The notes under the pieces were generated by a model that worked only from the letters and a program-made list of their open reading frames with translations, had not been told where the DNA came from and did not search any database. Shown here piece after piece: positions 1 to 13,949 of a DNA stretch of 64,000 nt. Positions within the stretch are counted from its first letter, which is position 1. Every line of letters starts with the position of its first letter. Made by a program: the position numbers and the translations under genes. The stretch comes from the human T2T-CHM13v2.0 reference genome, Homo sapiens. Location: the NCBI RefSeq assembly GCF_009914755.1, contig NC_060929.1; one strand, given 5' to 3'.

Positions 1-844
1 TACCTTCTTAGCCGGCCTTCAGGCCAGCCTTGTTCTCTTTTCAGCCTCTGATGAGAGCCTTGCTCCTTGGCTCTCGCTGAGCTTGCTCTCTGGAGCCCCT
101 TGTCTCCCTGGTTAATGGCTGTCTCTTTCCTGGTCCTCCCTTCCCATCATATCGCTCAGAATTTCACCTGCTGGCCTTCTTAAACACGTAACTCACACTG
201 GCTTCTGCAGCCTACGTGTGTCCGTGTGTCCACCAAGCCCGGGCATGACTGTTTTTATTTTTAGTTTTTTTTCTCACTAGGAATTCAGTTCCTCTGACTC
301 TGCCTTTCACACATCCCTGCCCTTGAACTCTGGATGGTTCCAGATTTTCTCTCCTGCCTTGTCACCGGTCAGTCAGTGGCCAACCCACAAAGAATAAGCA
401 TGATCACCACTTTCCTTTTTCCAAAGTACACTTAAGATACTTCTTGTTTATAGCTACAAGGGCTAATTAATTCATATATAACTAGAATGAGGGAAAGTTG
501 GGAATCATAAACAATGCATGAAAAGTTACAAAAAACAATGACGACACAACAAAATTAAATGTCGGAGGCTGACATCAACTTTTATGTTGACAACACCTTG
601 AGAAATAATGACCAGGTTACGAAATGAGTAATGTCAATATGAAAACCTTATGCCCATGCTTTACTAAAGGCTTTCCATGGCCAGAAGTGTGGCAAAAAAA
701 ACATATATTTCATTCAATTCTGTCTGCAAATTAAAATTAAAAATGAAAAGCTTTAAAAATAACTTTGCTGAGGTCATTGTTGTACTCTTGCAATTTGAAG
801 AGTTTTAATTTTTGTTTTAAAGTTTAATTTTTAAAATCCTGTGC

Positions 845-985
845 TGAGGCTTCTGGAGTGCTAATGACATTCTATATCTTGAGCTGGGTGGAGGTTTTTA
901 ATGAATTTTTGAATTGTAAAATTTGTTAAACTGAGTGCTTAATATTTGTGCATGTTACTATATGAATGTTACACTTTTTCACAAA
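845..985 (+). mobile_element. Old L1M 3' UTR fragment
   Basis: Resembles L1MC/L1ME 3' ends (ggcttctggagtgctaatgacattctatatcttgagctgggtgg). Boundaries approximate. Confidence 0.4.
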
Positions 986-1019
986 CACTTTTTAGTAAGT
1001 TTACCACCTCCCCCATACC

Positions 1020-2737
1020 CTGAAAACACTCATGCTTGGATTTACCCCACATCAATCAAATCAGATTCTCTGGACAAGAGACACAGCATTGAGAGTTTTT
1101 ATTCTTATTTTTTTCAGCTTTATTGAGGTATGATTGACAAGTAAAAATTATATACATTTAATATGTACAACTTGAAGGTTTGATATATGTGTACATTGTG
1201 AAATGATTACCACAATCGAGCTAATTAACATCTTTCATGTGTGTATGATGAGAACACTTACTCTCAGCAAGTTTCAAGTATACAGTACAGTACAATATTA
1301 TTAACTATAGTTACCATGCTGAATATTAGATCTCCAGAACTTATCATCTTATAACCAAAAGTTTGTGCCCTTTGACCAACATCTCCCCCCATCCCTCAAT
1401 TCCTGGTAACCACTCTTAACTACTCTCTCTTTCTATGAGTTCAACTTTTCAGATTTCACATATCGGTGAGTTTGTGCAATATTTGTCTTTTCATGTCTGG
1501 CCTATTTCACTTAACATAATGCCTTCCAGGTTCATTCATGTTGTTACAAAGGGAAGGATTTCTTTCTTTTTAAAGGCTGAACAAAATTCCAATATGTGCA
1601 TATATGTGTGTGTGTATGTATGTACATAAGTATACACATACAGTTTTAAAGCTTTACTGTTTTTACAGTTTTATAGTTCTGAACTTACATTTAAGTCTTT
1701 AATCCATTTTAAGTTGATTTTTATCTGTGGTGCAAAAGGAGGTTCCAATTTCATTCTTTTGCATATGAATATCCAGCTTTCCCAACACCATTTATTGAAG
1801 AGACTATCCTTTCCTTATGGGGTACTCTTGGTGCCTTTATCAAAGATCAGTTGACTGTATAAGCATGGGTTTATTTCTGGGCTCTCTATTCTGTTCCGTT
1901 GGTCTACATATCTGTGTTTATGCCAGTACTATGCTATTTCAATTACTATAGCTTTGTAATATAATTTGAAATCAGGAAGTCTCCAGCTTTCTTCTTCTTG
2001 CTCAAGGTTACTTTAGCTACTCAGGGTCTTTTGTTGTTCCATACAGATTTTAGGATTGTTTCTTCTATTTCTGTGAGAAATAACATTGGAACTTTGATAG
2101 GGATTACATTGACTCTGTAGATCTGTTTGAGTAGCATTGACATTTTGACAATATAATTCTTTCAATCCATGAATACAATATATCTTGCCATTTATTTGCC
2201 ATCTTCCATTTCTTTCATCAGAGTTTTATAGTTTTCAACATACAAATCTTTTACCTTCTGTGTTAAATTTATTCCTAGTTTATTCTTTTTGATGCTATTG
2301 TAAGTAGGATTGTTTCAATAATTTCTTTTCCAATACTTCATTATTACTGTGTAGAAACACAACTAATTTTTGTCTCTTGATTTTGTATGCTGTCACGTTG
2401 CTGAACTCATGTATTCTAACATTTTTTGGTGACATCTTTAGAATTTTCTATATGTAAGATCATGTCACCTGCAGAAACATACTCTTGTTTTACTTCTTTC
2501 TTTCTGATTTTGATTCCCTTTCTTTCTTTTTTTGCCTAATTGCTCTGGCTAGGACTTTCAGTACTATCCTGAATAGAAATGACAAGAGTCTTCCTAGTCT
2601 TAGAGGGAAAGCTTTTAGATTTTCACCATCGAGTATGTTAGCTGGGAGCTTGTCATTGATGGCCTTGATTATGTTAAGGTACATCAATAGTTTTTAAAGC
2701 TTCTGGGTGGTTCTAATGTGCAGCCAGGTTTGAGATT
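1020..2737. mobile_element. MER5A-like hAT MITE split by the L1 at 1102-2681 (halves ~1020-1101 and ~2682-2737)
   Basis: Left half ...aaatcagattctctgg..., right half ...ggtggttctaatgtgcagccaggtttgaga, both typical MER5 motifs. Confidence 0.55.
1102..2681 (-). mobile_element. Old 5'-truncated L1MA-type LINE-1 (3' UTR plus ORF2 remnant, with internal deletion near 1640)
   Basis: ORF 2490-2687 translates as L1 ORF2 RT ([28 protein letters not shown]). L1MA-like 3' end at 1110-1340. Degenerate TSD 1087-1101 / 2682-2696. Confidence 0.85.
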
Positions 2738-4030
2738 CTTCAGCTTCCTGTCCATGAAAGGCCCAATGGGTGACCTCAGAAGTTTGTTTTTCTGCTGGGA
2801 CCCTAGAACTTGATGGTATGTATTGGGTGGGAGTGGGGGGATGTGAATGAGAATAAGGAGAACAGTGAGCCTGATCTGTTCAGTGTTTGAGTTTCCGTAT
2901 TGTTGGTTTCATCCACGCAAAAACACTTTCCTGTCCATCTGGTTTAGAATCACACTTAAAAAGTAACTTTGACATCTAGATATCTCTTCTTTTCAGTGAT
3001 GCATCTTTTAACTTTACCTAAAATAGACAAGGGGCTAAAAGTCTATCCACTTTCCCTGAAGCCTCTGAAAAAACTAAAGGCTTATATCTCTCCTCTGAAA
3101 TCTGCGTTGTATAAATGATGCCACAGTCCACAGAAACAAGAGCGGGTCCGCCCCTGCTGCTCTGTCCTCTTTCACTGAGGAGGCCTTTGAGTGCCCACCA
3201 CTCCCTGTGCATTGAGTTTGCACCCTGCAGAGAATGAACACAGGAGTGTAATAAAGTGACTCAGAGCCAGGACCTCAGCCTTCTCATATTAGTAATGGGC
3301 TTTGCTCTGGAGAGAAGGAATGGATAATTGGCATCCACATTGCAAGTGTATTTCAAATGATAAATAACACAGAGGCTCGTGGACAAAGGTGTTCGCTGTT
3401 TCTGGGTGTCGCCGTTTAGTAATTAGGGCAGAGCAGTCAGTTCACAAAGCCTGAGCCTGATGCTGTGAGACTGGAATTCTGGCCCCTGACAAGCCTCTGA
3501 TGCAAAGTAGACCTTGAGTGGGTCACTAAGGATTCTGGAAGGAAATCTGGAAGGATTCTTGTGAAGTTAGACACTGGAATAAGGGATTGGATTGCTCTAA
3601 GGGCTAGTGAGTTAAGACATGGGCTGTGGCCAGGAGTTTTTGGTGGACAGTGGAGTCCACTCAGCCTGCTGAGACCTAGCTTTTGTACCAGTGTGGAATA
3701 ATGATGGTGCTTTCTCTTCATATCACTGCTATCAGAGTTGAAATTTTCCCCGGAGACAGATGGTTGCTAACATCTGAAGGTTCCCAACATGAATGGACCT
3801 CACCCAATGCTGACAAGACCTTAGGAGGCAGAGTGCTTGGCTGTGGTCACACCAGCACCTTCCCTGCCACCACTCCATTCAGGAACTTCTGGGCCATCTG
3901 TGTCTCCCCCATGGCAAAGAGCAGTCCACTAGAACAAGGGAGGAGGAAGAGCAACAAACTGAGAAGGAAATGCCCTTGCCTCAAAAATCAGTGCCTGTAA
4001 GAGCTGAAAATAGGTATTTAGAGTTGGCTT

Positions 4031-4113
4031 GGCCGGGTGCAGTGCCTCACACCTGTAAACCCAGTGCTTTGGGAGGCTGAGGCAGGAGAATTGCCTAAAG
4101 CCAGGAGTTCGAG
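4031..4113 (+). mobile_element. Alu/FLAM 5' fragment without tail
   Basis: ggccgggtgcagtgcctcacacctgtaaacccagtgctttgggagg...ggagttcgaga, ends abruptly. Confidence 0.85.
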
Positions 4114-5639
4114 AAAATTTGGCTCTTCTTGACCTAACACCCGTTCTCAAGCCTAGGCCTTCTGACCCATAGTGGGAATTGGCTACTGGTTCAGAAATAA
4201 ATAAGCAGTATCTTCAAGAACAGATAGGTCAGGTGTAAAGGTTCTCTTTCAGCCTTCCTGCCCTTCCTTTCTCTCTCCACACTCTGTAATAATCAGGACA
4301 CATCAGCATTTAATGGAAGCCCCAGTACCTCAGGGGAAATGGGAACAGAGAGCTGAATCACAGGCACTTTCTATGTTGGCTGAGAGCTTTCATTAGGCCC
4401 AGGCTTTGGAATTGCTGCTAGACTGCGGCACTGTCCGCTCCATTAAACCCTCTGTCATCATTTTCCCTTTTAAATTCATGTGCGCATCAGATGAGGTGTT
4501 CTCCCCTGCTGTGTGCATTACAGTGTGTAGCAAAGGTGTTCAATTAGCTAAATGGGAAAGTTCTTGTTTTAGCCCGAAAGGCCACAGCTCTGAAAGCCCA
4601 CAGCACACTGGGCCTCATCTAGCCCCCAGAATAGCCCCATGGCCTCTATCTGGCTAGCCCTTCACTGCAGATGTTATAGGGTCAAACTTGGGGCTCCCAT
4701 AAACGTCAGACTTACCCCACCCTACGTCTCCAGCCATGATGCGATGTCCAGGCTTAAAAATACATATATTCCCAAGGTTGTCCAAATTACCAAAACATCC
4801 CTACTTCCTTTGGCTGGCAGGAGAGGCAATAGCTATCTAATTGAAGAAGGAAGCAGGGAAGGATTCCTGATTCCTCAACCAGACAGATATTCAACAAGAA
4901 GGAAGAAGAAAGTCAGCTTCCTTGTTCACAAGAAGGAATGCACTGTGGCCAAGGGAAAGAGGTATAAAGTGAGAGGTATTTTGAGTCTCAGACCTGCTAC
5001 TTCTGTGAGCTCTGTCAAAGCTTTTCAGTCTGATCCAGCCCACTCTCCTAGTCAGCATTGTAGTAAGGATTAAGCAAAATAATCTTGTTAGAATACCCAG
5101 TGTGTATTTGATGCTCAAAAATGGTAGCTCTTGTTGCTATCAGGTCATCCTACATGGGATACCCAGATTGCCAGAGCAGCCCAAATGTGAGCTACATGAA
5201 AAAAGAGGGAGAAGGAACTAAAAAGCATAAACCCTGCCTAAAGTTTGAGATTAGAGAAGTCAGAGAAAAGAAAAAAAAAAGGATAGAAGCTAAGATAAAA
5301 GAGAACCAAGGTATTAAAACAATACTGTAAAATCTTGATGACTTTTTACCCAATAAATCAGAATCCTCCATTTTTCTGTTGGGTAATTTAATATTCAAGG
5401 GGCATGTACTATATAAAGACCCATTTTCAAGGCCATGGTGCTATCGTTCCCAGATAGAAATAACGAGAGTCTGACAACTCTAACCTGTGAGCATCAACTA
5501 CCAGCTGATTCTGCGGGTTATATGGGCAGCACCAGAGCCAAGCTCTATCGCAGCACCAAGATGTCAGAGATCCTGGAGACAGGCAGTCAGTGCAATTGTT
5601 AACAGCATGGGCTTAGAGGGAAGGCCCTACTTCCAAGCC

Positions 5640-6372
5640 ACCTCTGCCCTCTCTAGCTTTGTCATCTTTAGGACAGTAACCTAGGCTCTCTGGTCCTCTG
5701 TTTCCTCATCTATAAAACAGGGATAATGATAGTATGACCTAATACAATTGCTGTACGATCACATTACTGGGTATATACCCAAAGGATTATAAATCATTCT
5801 ACCATAAAGACACATGCACATGTATGTTTATTGCAGCACTATTTATAATAGCAAAGACTTGGAACACACCCAAATGCCCATCAATGGTAGACTAGATAAA
5901 GAAAATGTGGCATATATACAACATGGAATACTATGCAGCCATAAAAAATAATGAGCTCATGTCCTTTGCAGGGGCATGGATGAAGCTAGAAACCATCATT
6001 CTCAGCATACTAACACAGGAACAGAAAACCAAATACCACATGTTCTCACTCATAAGTGGGAGTTGAACAATGAGAACACATGGACACAGGGAGGGGAACA
6101 TCACACACCAAGGCCTGTTGGTTGAGGGAGGCAAGGGGAGGGAGAGCATTAGGACCTAATGCATGTGGGGCTTTAAACCTAGATGATGGGTTGATAGGTG
6201 CAGCAAATCACCATGGCATATGTATAACTATATAACAAACCTGTACATTCCACACACATATCCCAGAACTCAAAGTAAAATAAAATAAAATAATACAATT
6301 GCTGTATTAAAGGATGGCATACAAAAAGTGCCTGACACAGTGCCTGGCACAAATGTTCATTAAGTGTAGTCT
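5640..6372 (+). mobile_element. MIR split by an L1 insertion
   Basis: MIR core ctctgtttcctcatctataaaacagggataatgatagta at ~5696-5735; it resumes after the L1 with cacagtgcctggcaca. Confidence 0.7.
5756..6290 (+). mobile_element. 5'-truncated L1PA7/8-type LINE-1 3' end
   Basis: ORF2 C-terminus, 3' UTR and (TAAAA)n tail. Exact TSD taatacaattgctgta at 5740-5755 and 6291-6306. Confidence 0.92.
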
Positions 6373-6412
6373 TTGCACAGTGCCTGGCACAAATGTTCAT
6401 TAAGTGTAGTCT
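6336..6412. repeat. Direct tandem duplication, 37-bp exact unit, period 40
   Basis: cacagtgcctggcacaaatgttcattaagtgtagtct at 6336-6372 and 6376-6412. Confidence 0.95.
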
Positions 6413-7926
6413 CGTATTTTCATATTTGGGACTGAAGTTTGGGTCAGGGAGGAAGAATTAAAAAGAGGAATATTTAAAAGATTGTATTTACCTTTTCCTA
6501 ACCATGTTTTCTCAATGGTTCACCTGTCATTTGAAGTTGTGGAGATGGATAAGAAAGATTAGAAGTACAGGAACAGAACTTGTAAGGCATGCCAAAGTGT
6601 CCTGTGCCCACTACTCTAGGGTGTCAGGGCAGGCCTCACATGATAACTGGGGTTCCTCTCAGCAGCCCAGCCAGGACAGGCAGGTGACAGGTGGCCCAGA
6701 GCCCTGTCCTCTCATCTTTGCCATATTTCACTGAGTGTTACAGCCCTGATGATTTTATGCTCAAGAGGCAGAGTAAGACGTGACAGAGGGAAGTGATTTG
6801 GTACATTGACTTATACCAGTATTATTTCTTAATTTGTTAATTTAATTTGTTAATTTTACGATCAATCTTATATTTTATCTCAACGAAAGAACCCTTGGCT
6901 TCCGATTTCCTTCAGTGATGGTTCACTTTTCCCCATGCAATAATAAGATGCATCAGTCAAATAAACATTGATGATATAGTCTTTAAGGGCTTAAAAAGTA
7001 GATGTGAAATTTTAAAAAAATTATCATGTGTTTAAGTGCATGGCCATTTCTTTGAATGCATCTGTTTCATTGTTCATGGCACCCAGAAGCAAGTGTTTGG
7101 AAAGTCTCACGTGCTGAAACATGGCCACAAGCCAGGTCTCCCAGCCCAGCCTCTTGTCTCTCTCCCCATCCTCTTTGTTTAGTAGGGGTAATATGGAGCC
7201 TGTAGGGAAGGCATCTATCAGCTAGGATGCAGATCGTCCCCACAGACCCAAAAGACGTCTATTTACTTTCTTGAGAGATTGAGAGTTCTGGCCAGATCTG
7301 GGAAACACTTTTCAACATTCTCACGCTGACCTTTGAGGTATGTATAGTGAACTCAGAGGAGCTGCCTCCCCTACTGTGAATTAAGCCAATTATTGTGGAA
7401 TTGAAGTCTGAACTCTTCCATTCAAGCTCACCAGAAAAGGAAGTGATGTCAGGCATTTACTGAGAGCTTTCTGTGTCCCAGGCATTGTACCAGGTAGGTT
7501 ATCTTAGGCACCTGATCTTAAAATGGGGAAATGGGCTTTAAAATATGGCGATTTCCTGCTCTGGTGCTCATGTGAAGAACTGCATGTTCCTATGCTGATA
7601 GCACTGCAGGTGACCCTGTCAACCCGGGGTTTGTGACCATATGTCCCTCTGGTAAGTGGGTGAAGCCCACAGACCTCTTCCCAAAATAATGTTTTTATAT
7701 ACATAAAGCGAAATAAATAGGATTATAAATGAAATCAATTGTTTCAAAATAGTATTATCAAAATATATTAGCATACTAAGTAACAACATCTAGTGACAGG
7801 GCTAGTAGCTACCACAATTTTGAAGTAGATACAAGTGTAGAAGCTGGAAATCAACTGGTGCATTCTTCTCAATCCTAGGAAACCACTGGACCCCAGATTC
7901 TCTCCAGAATCCATTTCTTCACTTTA

Positions 7927-8192
<266 letters not shown>

Positions 8193-8224
8193 AGAATTGA
8201 CTAGATAGAAAGGAAAAGCCAAAT

Positions 8225-8830
8225 TAACAAAGGTATAAGCAAGATATAAGTTTGTTTTATATCTCATGAAAGCAGTCTGGATAGAGGCAGTCCGGGGCTG
8301 GTGTAGTAGCTCAGCGGTCATCATCAAAGGCCCCAATTCCTTTTTTCTTACTGCTCCTCCATTCGTAGCATGTTCCAACTGTAGGGTTGGAATTCTAGGC
8401 AGCACAAAGTGGGAAGGATTCATAAGGATATGTCTGTACTCCCAGAAAGAATCTTCCTGGAAGTCCCACACAAATCCACTTGAATCTCATTGGCCAGAAT
8501 TTCAAGACAAAGAAAGTCTTGGAAATGTAGAGTAGCTGTTTATTCCCGGCAGCAGGGAGAATACAAATCAGTGTAGAGTGGACACAGGGAGGCAACTGGC
8601 CATCTCTGCTGCACCATTTCATTCTTACTCTGGAAAATCTTTTAGGAATGTTCCTGCATTTGATAATCTAATGTTTAAGTGTGGCCCTTCCATCCATTTT
8701 TGGATGCCAGAAACAGAAAGCAACTCTGGCTAACTCAACAGGAATTTCTTGAAAGGCTATTGGATAGCTCAAGGAATGGTCAGGAAGGCTGGAGAAACAG
8801 GCTCAGAAAACAGCAGAAGACAAAGGAATC
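8225..8830 (-). mobile_element. Old MLT1 (J/K/L-like) MaLR LTR fragments
   Basis: Motifs ggcagtccggggctgg, tctcattggccagaa, aacagaaagcaactctggctaact resemble old MLT1 LTRs. Probably two pieces. Confidence 0.5.
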
Positions 8831-9569
8831 CTTCCTTAGATGGCTTACATGGCCTTTCAGCAAACTCAAAATTTCAGCACTCAGACCCAAAGAAAACACT
8901 TACAGTTTAACAAAAATTGGCCCAAATTACACAACTTCAGTTTTAGTGCCCCAAGGGGCTTTTAATATTGTTAGATTTTCTTCCAAAGTCATGGGGAGTC
9001 GCTGTCTTTGCAAGATGCAATCCTTAGGGGTGCCGCCTGCTGTTAGTAAATCATAATTACCCAAGCATGACGTTGTGGACAAGTCACCCCAGTGCCCTCA
9101 TTCAGATAAGTGCTGAGTACACACTAATGTGTGTTAGGAGGAGAATGTGGGCCCATTTGAAGGTAGGCATAGTTTGGGCTGCTGTGGCCTTTCTATTTGG
9201 TTTCAGAGAATGTAGATACAGGGGTCTCGAGACCCTCAAGCCAGTGTGACTCCTCTTTAGCATTTCAGAGTGGATTAGACTTCCCTGGTACTCATATCAC
9301 AGTTGGCTAGATCCTGGGTCTTCCCCAAACCAAATGTGAATCTGAGCCTTACCAGCAGACTAGATCCCCCTCAAATCCTGGAGACCTTGACATACAGAAG
9401 AGACAAAGGCACCCATACCTATGGTAAATAAAAGTAGTAACATTGGTTTTACTTATTGTAGATATAGATGCCTACTCCATGAGCTGTTGATGTTGGGGTT
9501 TGTCCTGAAAACAAATTGTGAATAAATCGTGAATACATTTTATAGTATTAAAAAATTAGTATAAAAAAT

Positions 9570-10300
9570 TAATGGCAATATCAAATGCTGGAAAGGATAC
9601 AGAGAAACAGCATCTCTCATGCATTGCTTGTGGAAATGAAAGATAGTTATGGACACTCTGGAAAGTGGTTTGACAGTTTCTTTAAAAACCAAACATACAC
9701 CTAACATATCACTCCTGGGTGTTTATCCCAGAGAAATAAAAACTTGTATCCACACAAAAGCGTATGCATGGTTATCCATACAACTTTATTTGTAACACCC
9801 AAAAGCTGAAAATAACCAAAATGTCCTGCAATACTATAAAATGCTACTCAGCAATAGGAAAGAAGTGATTGCTATAACAGCATGTATGGACCTCAACAGC
9901 ATTTTGCAGAGTGAAAAGGCCAATCTCAAAAGGCATTTATGTAACATTCTAGAAATGACAAATATAGAGGTGGGAGAACATGTTAATTATTGGCAGAGGT
10001 TTGGGATGATTGGGGGGTGGGGGGTGTATGACTATAAAGGAGTTGCATCTGGGAGAACTTTGCGTTGACGTCATAGTTGAGTGTCTTGGTTTTCAATATG
10101 GTTATGTGAATCTACACATGTGATAAAATAAAACAGAACTATATACACACATTGCACTAACGTCAGTTCCATGCTTTCGATGTTGTCTATAGTTATGTAA
10201 GATTAACCATTGAGGGAAACTGGATGAAGTGTACATGGGATCTCTCTGTACTATCTTTGCAATCTTCTGTGAATCTATAATTAATTCAAAATAAAAAGTA
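9570..10300 (+). mobile_element. L1MB/L1MC-type 3' end
   Basis: cactcctgggtgtttatcccagagaaataaaaact...tgtgaatctataattaattcaaaataaaaa. Confidence 0.8.
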
Positions 10301-10755
10301 GAAAACAAATGAGTAATACCTTTCAAGAGGGCAGTCTTACATATATTATCTATTTATTCTAACAATTTTGGGGGGAAAAACAACAGTAACTATTACTACC
10401 CTTTTTTGAATAGAGATCCTGTTGCATAGAAATTTGGTCATTCCCCAGATTGACACAGATAATGGAAGATTAGACATTAGAAGCAATCATTTGATCCTTG
10501 TTTCTTCAAAATGTTCTCTGTACATGAAGAAGCTAAGAAACTTCTCCAGAGAGCAACACAGAGTTGGAATGGTGTCTGGGGTATTTCAACTGCCTCTACA
10601 GTGTGCATGTGTGGCCCAGATGCCAGCTACCCCTTGTCTGTCCAGGCGATGCTCTCACAGCCCCTTGCCAAGCATTCAGAGACCTAAGCCTTCATCATTT
10701 GCCATGAGAAAAACCAGTTGCATGCAGAATTTTTTGTTGTTTTAAAAATTATCTT

Positions 10756-10987
10756 AGGCTGAGGTGGGAGGATTGCTTGAGGCCAGGAGTTGGAGACCAG
10801 CCTGGGCAACATATATTCTATAAAAATTTTAAAAATTAGCTGGGCATGGTGGCACACACCTGTGCTCCTAGCTATTTGGGAAGCTGAAGCTGGAGGATTG
10901 CTTGAGCCTAGGAGTTTGAGGTTACAATGAGTCATGGTCAGGCCACTGCACTCCAGCCTGGGTGACAGAGCAAGACCCTGTCTCTTT
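10756..10987 (+). mobile_element. AluJ-like, 5'-truncated
   Basis: ggaggattgcttgaggccaggagtt in the left arm; right arm ends agcaagaccctgtctc. Confidence 0.9.
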
Positions 10988-10989
10988 AT

Positions 10990-11051
<62 letters not shown>
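10988..11051. repeat. (TA)n microsatellite replacing the Alu tail
   Basis: Directly visible. Confidence 0.95.
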
Positions 11052-11052
<1 letters not shown>

Positions 11053-11297
11053 AAGATTTCATAAGAGACTGAAGAGGTTTTTTACATCACATGCTTTATA
11101 ACCCACATTTGATAAATCCTGATTTGATACTTGTGTTTCCCTCAAAGACAACATAACTTCTCTCTTCTCCTCCCAACACAGCATGCAACTTCTCTAGCTC
11201 CTCTCTTCCTCCAGGAATCAACTCCACTGTCACCCCCAACCCCTTATTACTCAGAGAAATCAAGCTCTTCCAGCTTCTGGCTCCAAACTTGCATACC

Positions 11298-11648
11298 TGT
11301 CTTAATCTGCTCAGGCTGCCATAACAAGATACCACAGACTGGGTGGCTTAAACAGCAGAAATTTATTTCTCACAGTTCTGGATGCTTGAAGTTCAAGATT
11401 AACATGTCGGCTGAGTTGGCTTCTGGCCACCTTCTTGCTGTGTCTGTACGTGGTGGGGATGGGGAAGTGGTGGGGGGATGGGCATCTCTCTCTTCTGTTT
11501 TTATAAGGCCACAGTCCTGTCAGACTAGGGTCCCACCCTTATGAGCTCATTTAACCTTAATTACCTCCCAAAGACCCTATCACTTTCAGGCATATTGGGG
11601 GTTAGAGCTTCCACAATGAATCTGAGAGACATAATTCAGTCCATAAAA
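11298..11648 (-). mobile_element. MLT1A-like solo LTR (ERVL-MaLR)
   Basis: tgtcttaatctgctcaggctgccataacaagataccacagactgggtggcttaaacagcagaaatttatt...attcagtccataa. Confidence 0.85.
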
Positions 11649-13949
11649 CCACCCATTATGATCTTAGCAAACAAAGGGCCCTCTAGCTACTAGAAGGGCT
11701 CCACCCTTTGAAGGCACTGGGATTTTTTGGGGGTTTTTTTCCTGCTGTTTTATTGTTAGCTACCTACTGCAAACCTAACTTGAAACACGGATATCTTTTC
11801 TCTCTAAAATAAGGTCTTGTGCTATCATTATGATTCCATAAGAACGCCCCATCTCATTTTCCTGCACATTTTTATATTCTGCACTAGACAAAATATGTAT
11901 GTGTGTGTATGTGTGTATTTCTTTGAAAATAACTGTTCTGAAAATACCCTTGCTGGGCTGAATTTATCATTAACCTAATTAGATCCTTTATCAAAGGCTT
12001 ACAATTAACACCATTAGCAAGTCTTAGTAACTCACCGCTGTGTTTCTAAATTAACTTTCACCTGTAGGGACATAAAAATCGCCATCATTTTCTAAAATAT
12101 TCCTTGTTTGAGTGTTGTAATTGTTCCCCAGATTTCCATGAATAATATTAAGTGACTTACAGGACAAGAGATACTTACAATTTTGTGGAAAGGGAGAGAA
12201 TGCTTCCCTCATATCTTAGGGTACAAGTTGAATAACCTCAAAATCCTTTTTCTTCCATATCTAGAGTGGGGTCCCCAGAAGGAGTACTCCCTTAATTTGC
12301 CCAGGTTGTTAAGGTAAAAAATTGTAGAGCTACCCATCTGTTCTTCACAAGCACAGTATTCTTTCATTTGCAAGGACTAAGCCAAACTTTATTTTTTTAC
12401 ATAACCTACCATCAGAGGCATTGATGTTAAATTACCTACCAGTTCCCTATTCTCTTATGGGCTGATTTTGTGTTTCTATTTTATTCAGCTGTCTCTGTCA
12501 AAATCAAGTTTATATTTGCCCTGAGTTGCTTTGAGAAGGTCTCAAGAGAATCCAAGGGGACACTGGGTATGGCATCTTAGCCAGTGTGGCCATTCAGCAC
12601 CACTGGGCCACACTGATGTTTCCTATGTGACTAATTTCCTGAGATGTACAATCAACTGCCTAGAGTAGAGCATTAGAAAAATAGATTGCTAAATACGACA
12701 GAGTGTGATGTTGAAAGCTTGACAGGGAATCTAATTATGCAGTGAAGTAATTCCTAGGGATCCTTCTCAATGATGGAAGGGGCTTCTTCTTTGGGAGGTT
12801 TCTGATCTTTTATGTAACACTGAGGCATGCTTCCACTTGAGGATAAATTAAATTGCATGATCCACTTCTTCCTCATTCCCATGCTCAGCCCTCAAGGAGC
12901 TCTTCAGCTGTGCTGTCTGTCACACCATGGAATGTATAAGACAAAAGGGAGTTACTTGGGGCTTGGACAGGATACTTGCAAAGAGGTTGGAAAACAATGA
13001 GCCTGAGAACTGGGTGGCAGGAGATGGCAGTGGTCAGCCTTGAGATCTGGTGAAATCAAAGGAGGCAGACTGTGATGAAAGGAAACAGTATGGGTTAGAA
13101 CAGAGTGAAGTGGTTACTGTAGATCTTAATCAAACAAAAAAAATTGCTCTTGTGTAATCTAGTGGTAGCCGAAGAGATGAGCCATTTAAGCCATTTATGT
13201 ATTCCGTGCCCAGTCTTTCCAATGATTAGTAGCACATCTTAATGAGATAACCAGCATGGGTTAGGCAACTGGTTGAGGGCCATGGAGCAAATATATTTTC
13301 TCTGTCTAAAGTATCCAGCAAAGAAGTGGATTCAATGGCTTTGCCTCCATTACAGCTAAACAAACTGGGATTGAGCCTTCATTTAAATTACTTGATGAGA
13401 GTATAACACTACATTTTGGGTTTGGCAAATGCTCATTGGGCATCCGTCTGTGCCTGGCCCCATGCTGGAAGCCAGAGGTGCTTCTAGGCTAAGGTTGGAC
13501 TGCGAAGAAATCTCTGGTCTGGGGTAACAGCAAAGAGTCCTGAAGATGAAAATCCTTGCTTCTCATCTTGCCTGTTTCAGCTTATGAGTTCAACGAACCG
13601 CTTCCTCAAATACTGTAATGGATCTGGGAGTTCAGCCTTGCTGGGGCCACTTTGAATTCCACTCTGTTCTTTAACCTACACTGGTCTTCCTAGTTAGATG
13701 GAGGGTATACATTAGCCTGAGCAGTTAGGTGGATGGCTGGGGAGCAGTGGGGCAGAAGGAAAATGAGTTGGGAAGAGTCCCAGGGGTCTTGGCTTGACAA
13801 TTTAAGACTGAGATGGGCAACTTAAATATCCTAGGAACCAAGCAGGTGGCATGAATAAATGAAGCTGGCAGAAAAGGGAACAGAAGCAAATGAGAAAGCC
13901 CACACCCTCTATAGAGGATTAGCAGCTACTGAGCTGCAGCAGATTCCAG

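Noticed and set aside
6336-6412. 37-bp direct repeat as a CRISPR-like array
   Set aside because: Two copies, a 3-bp spacer, MIR-derived, eukaryotic context.
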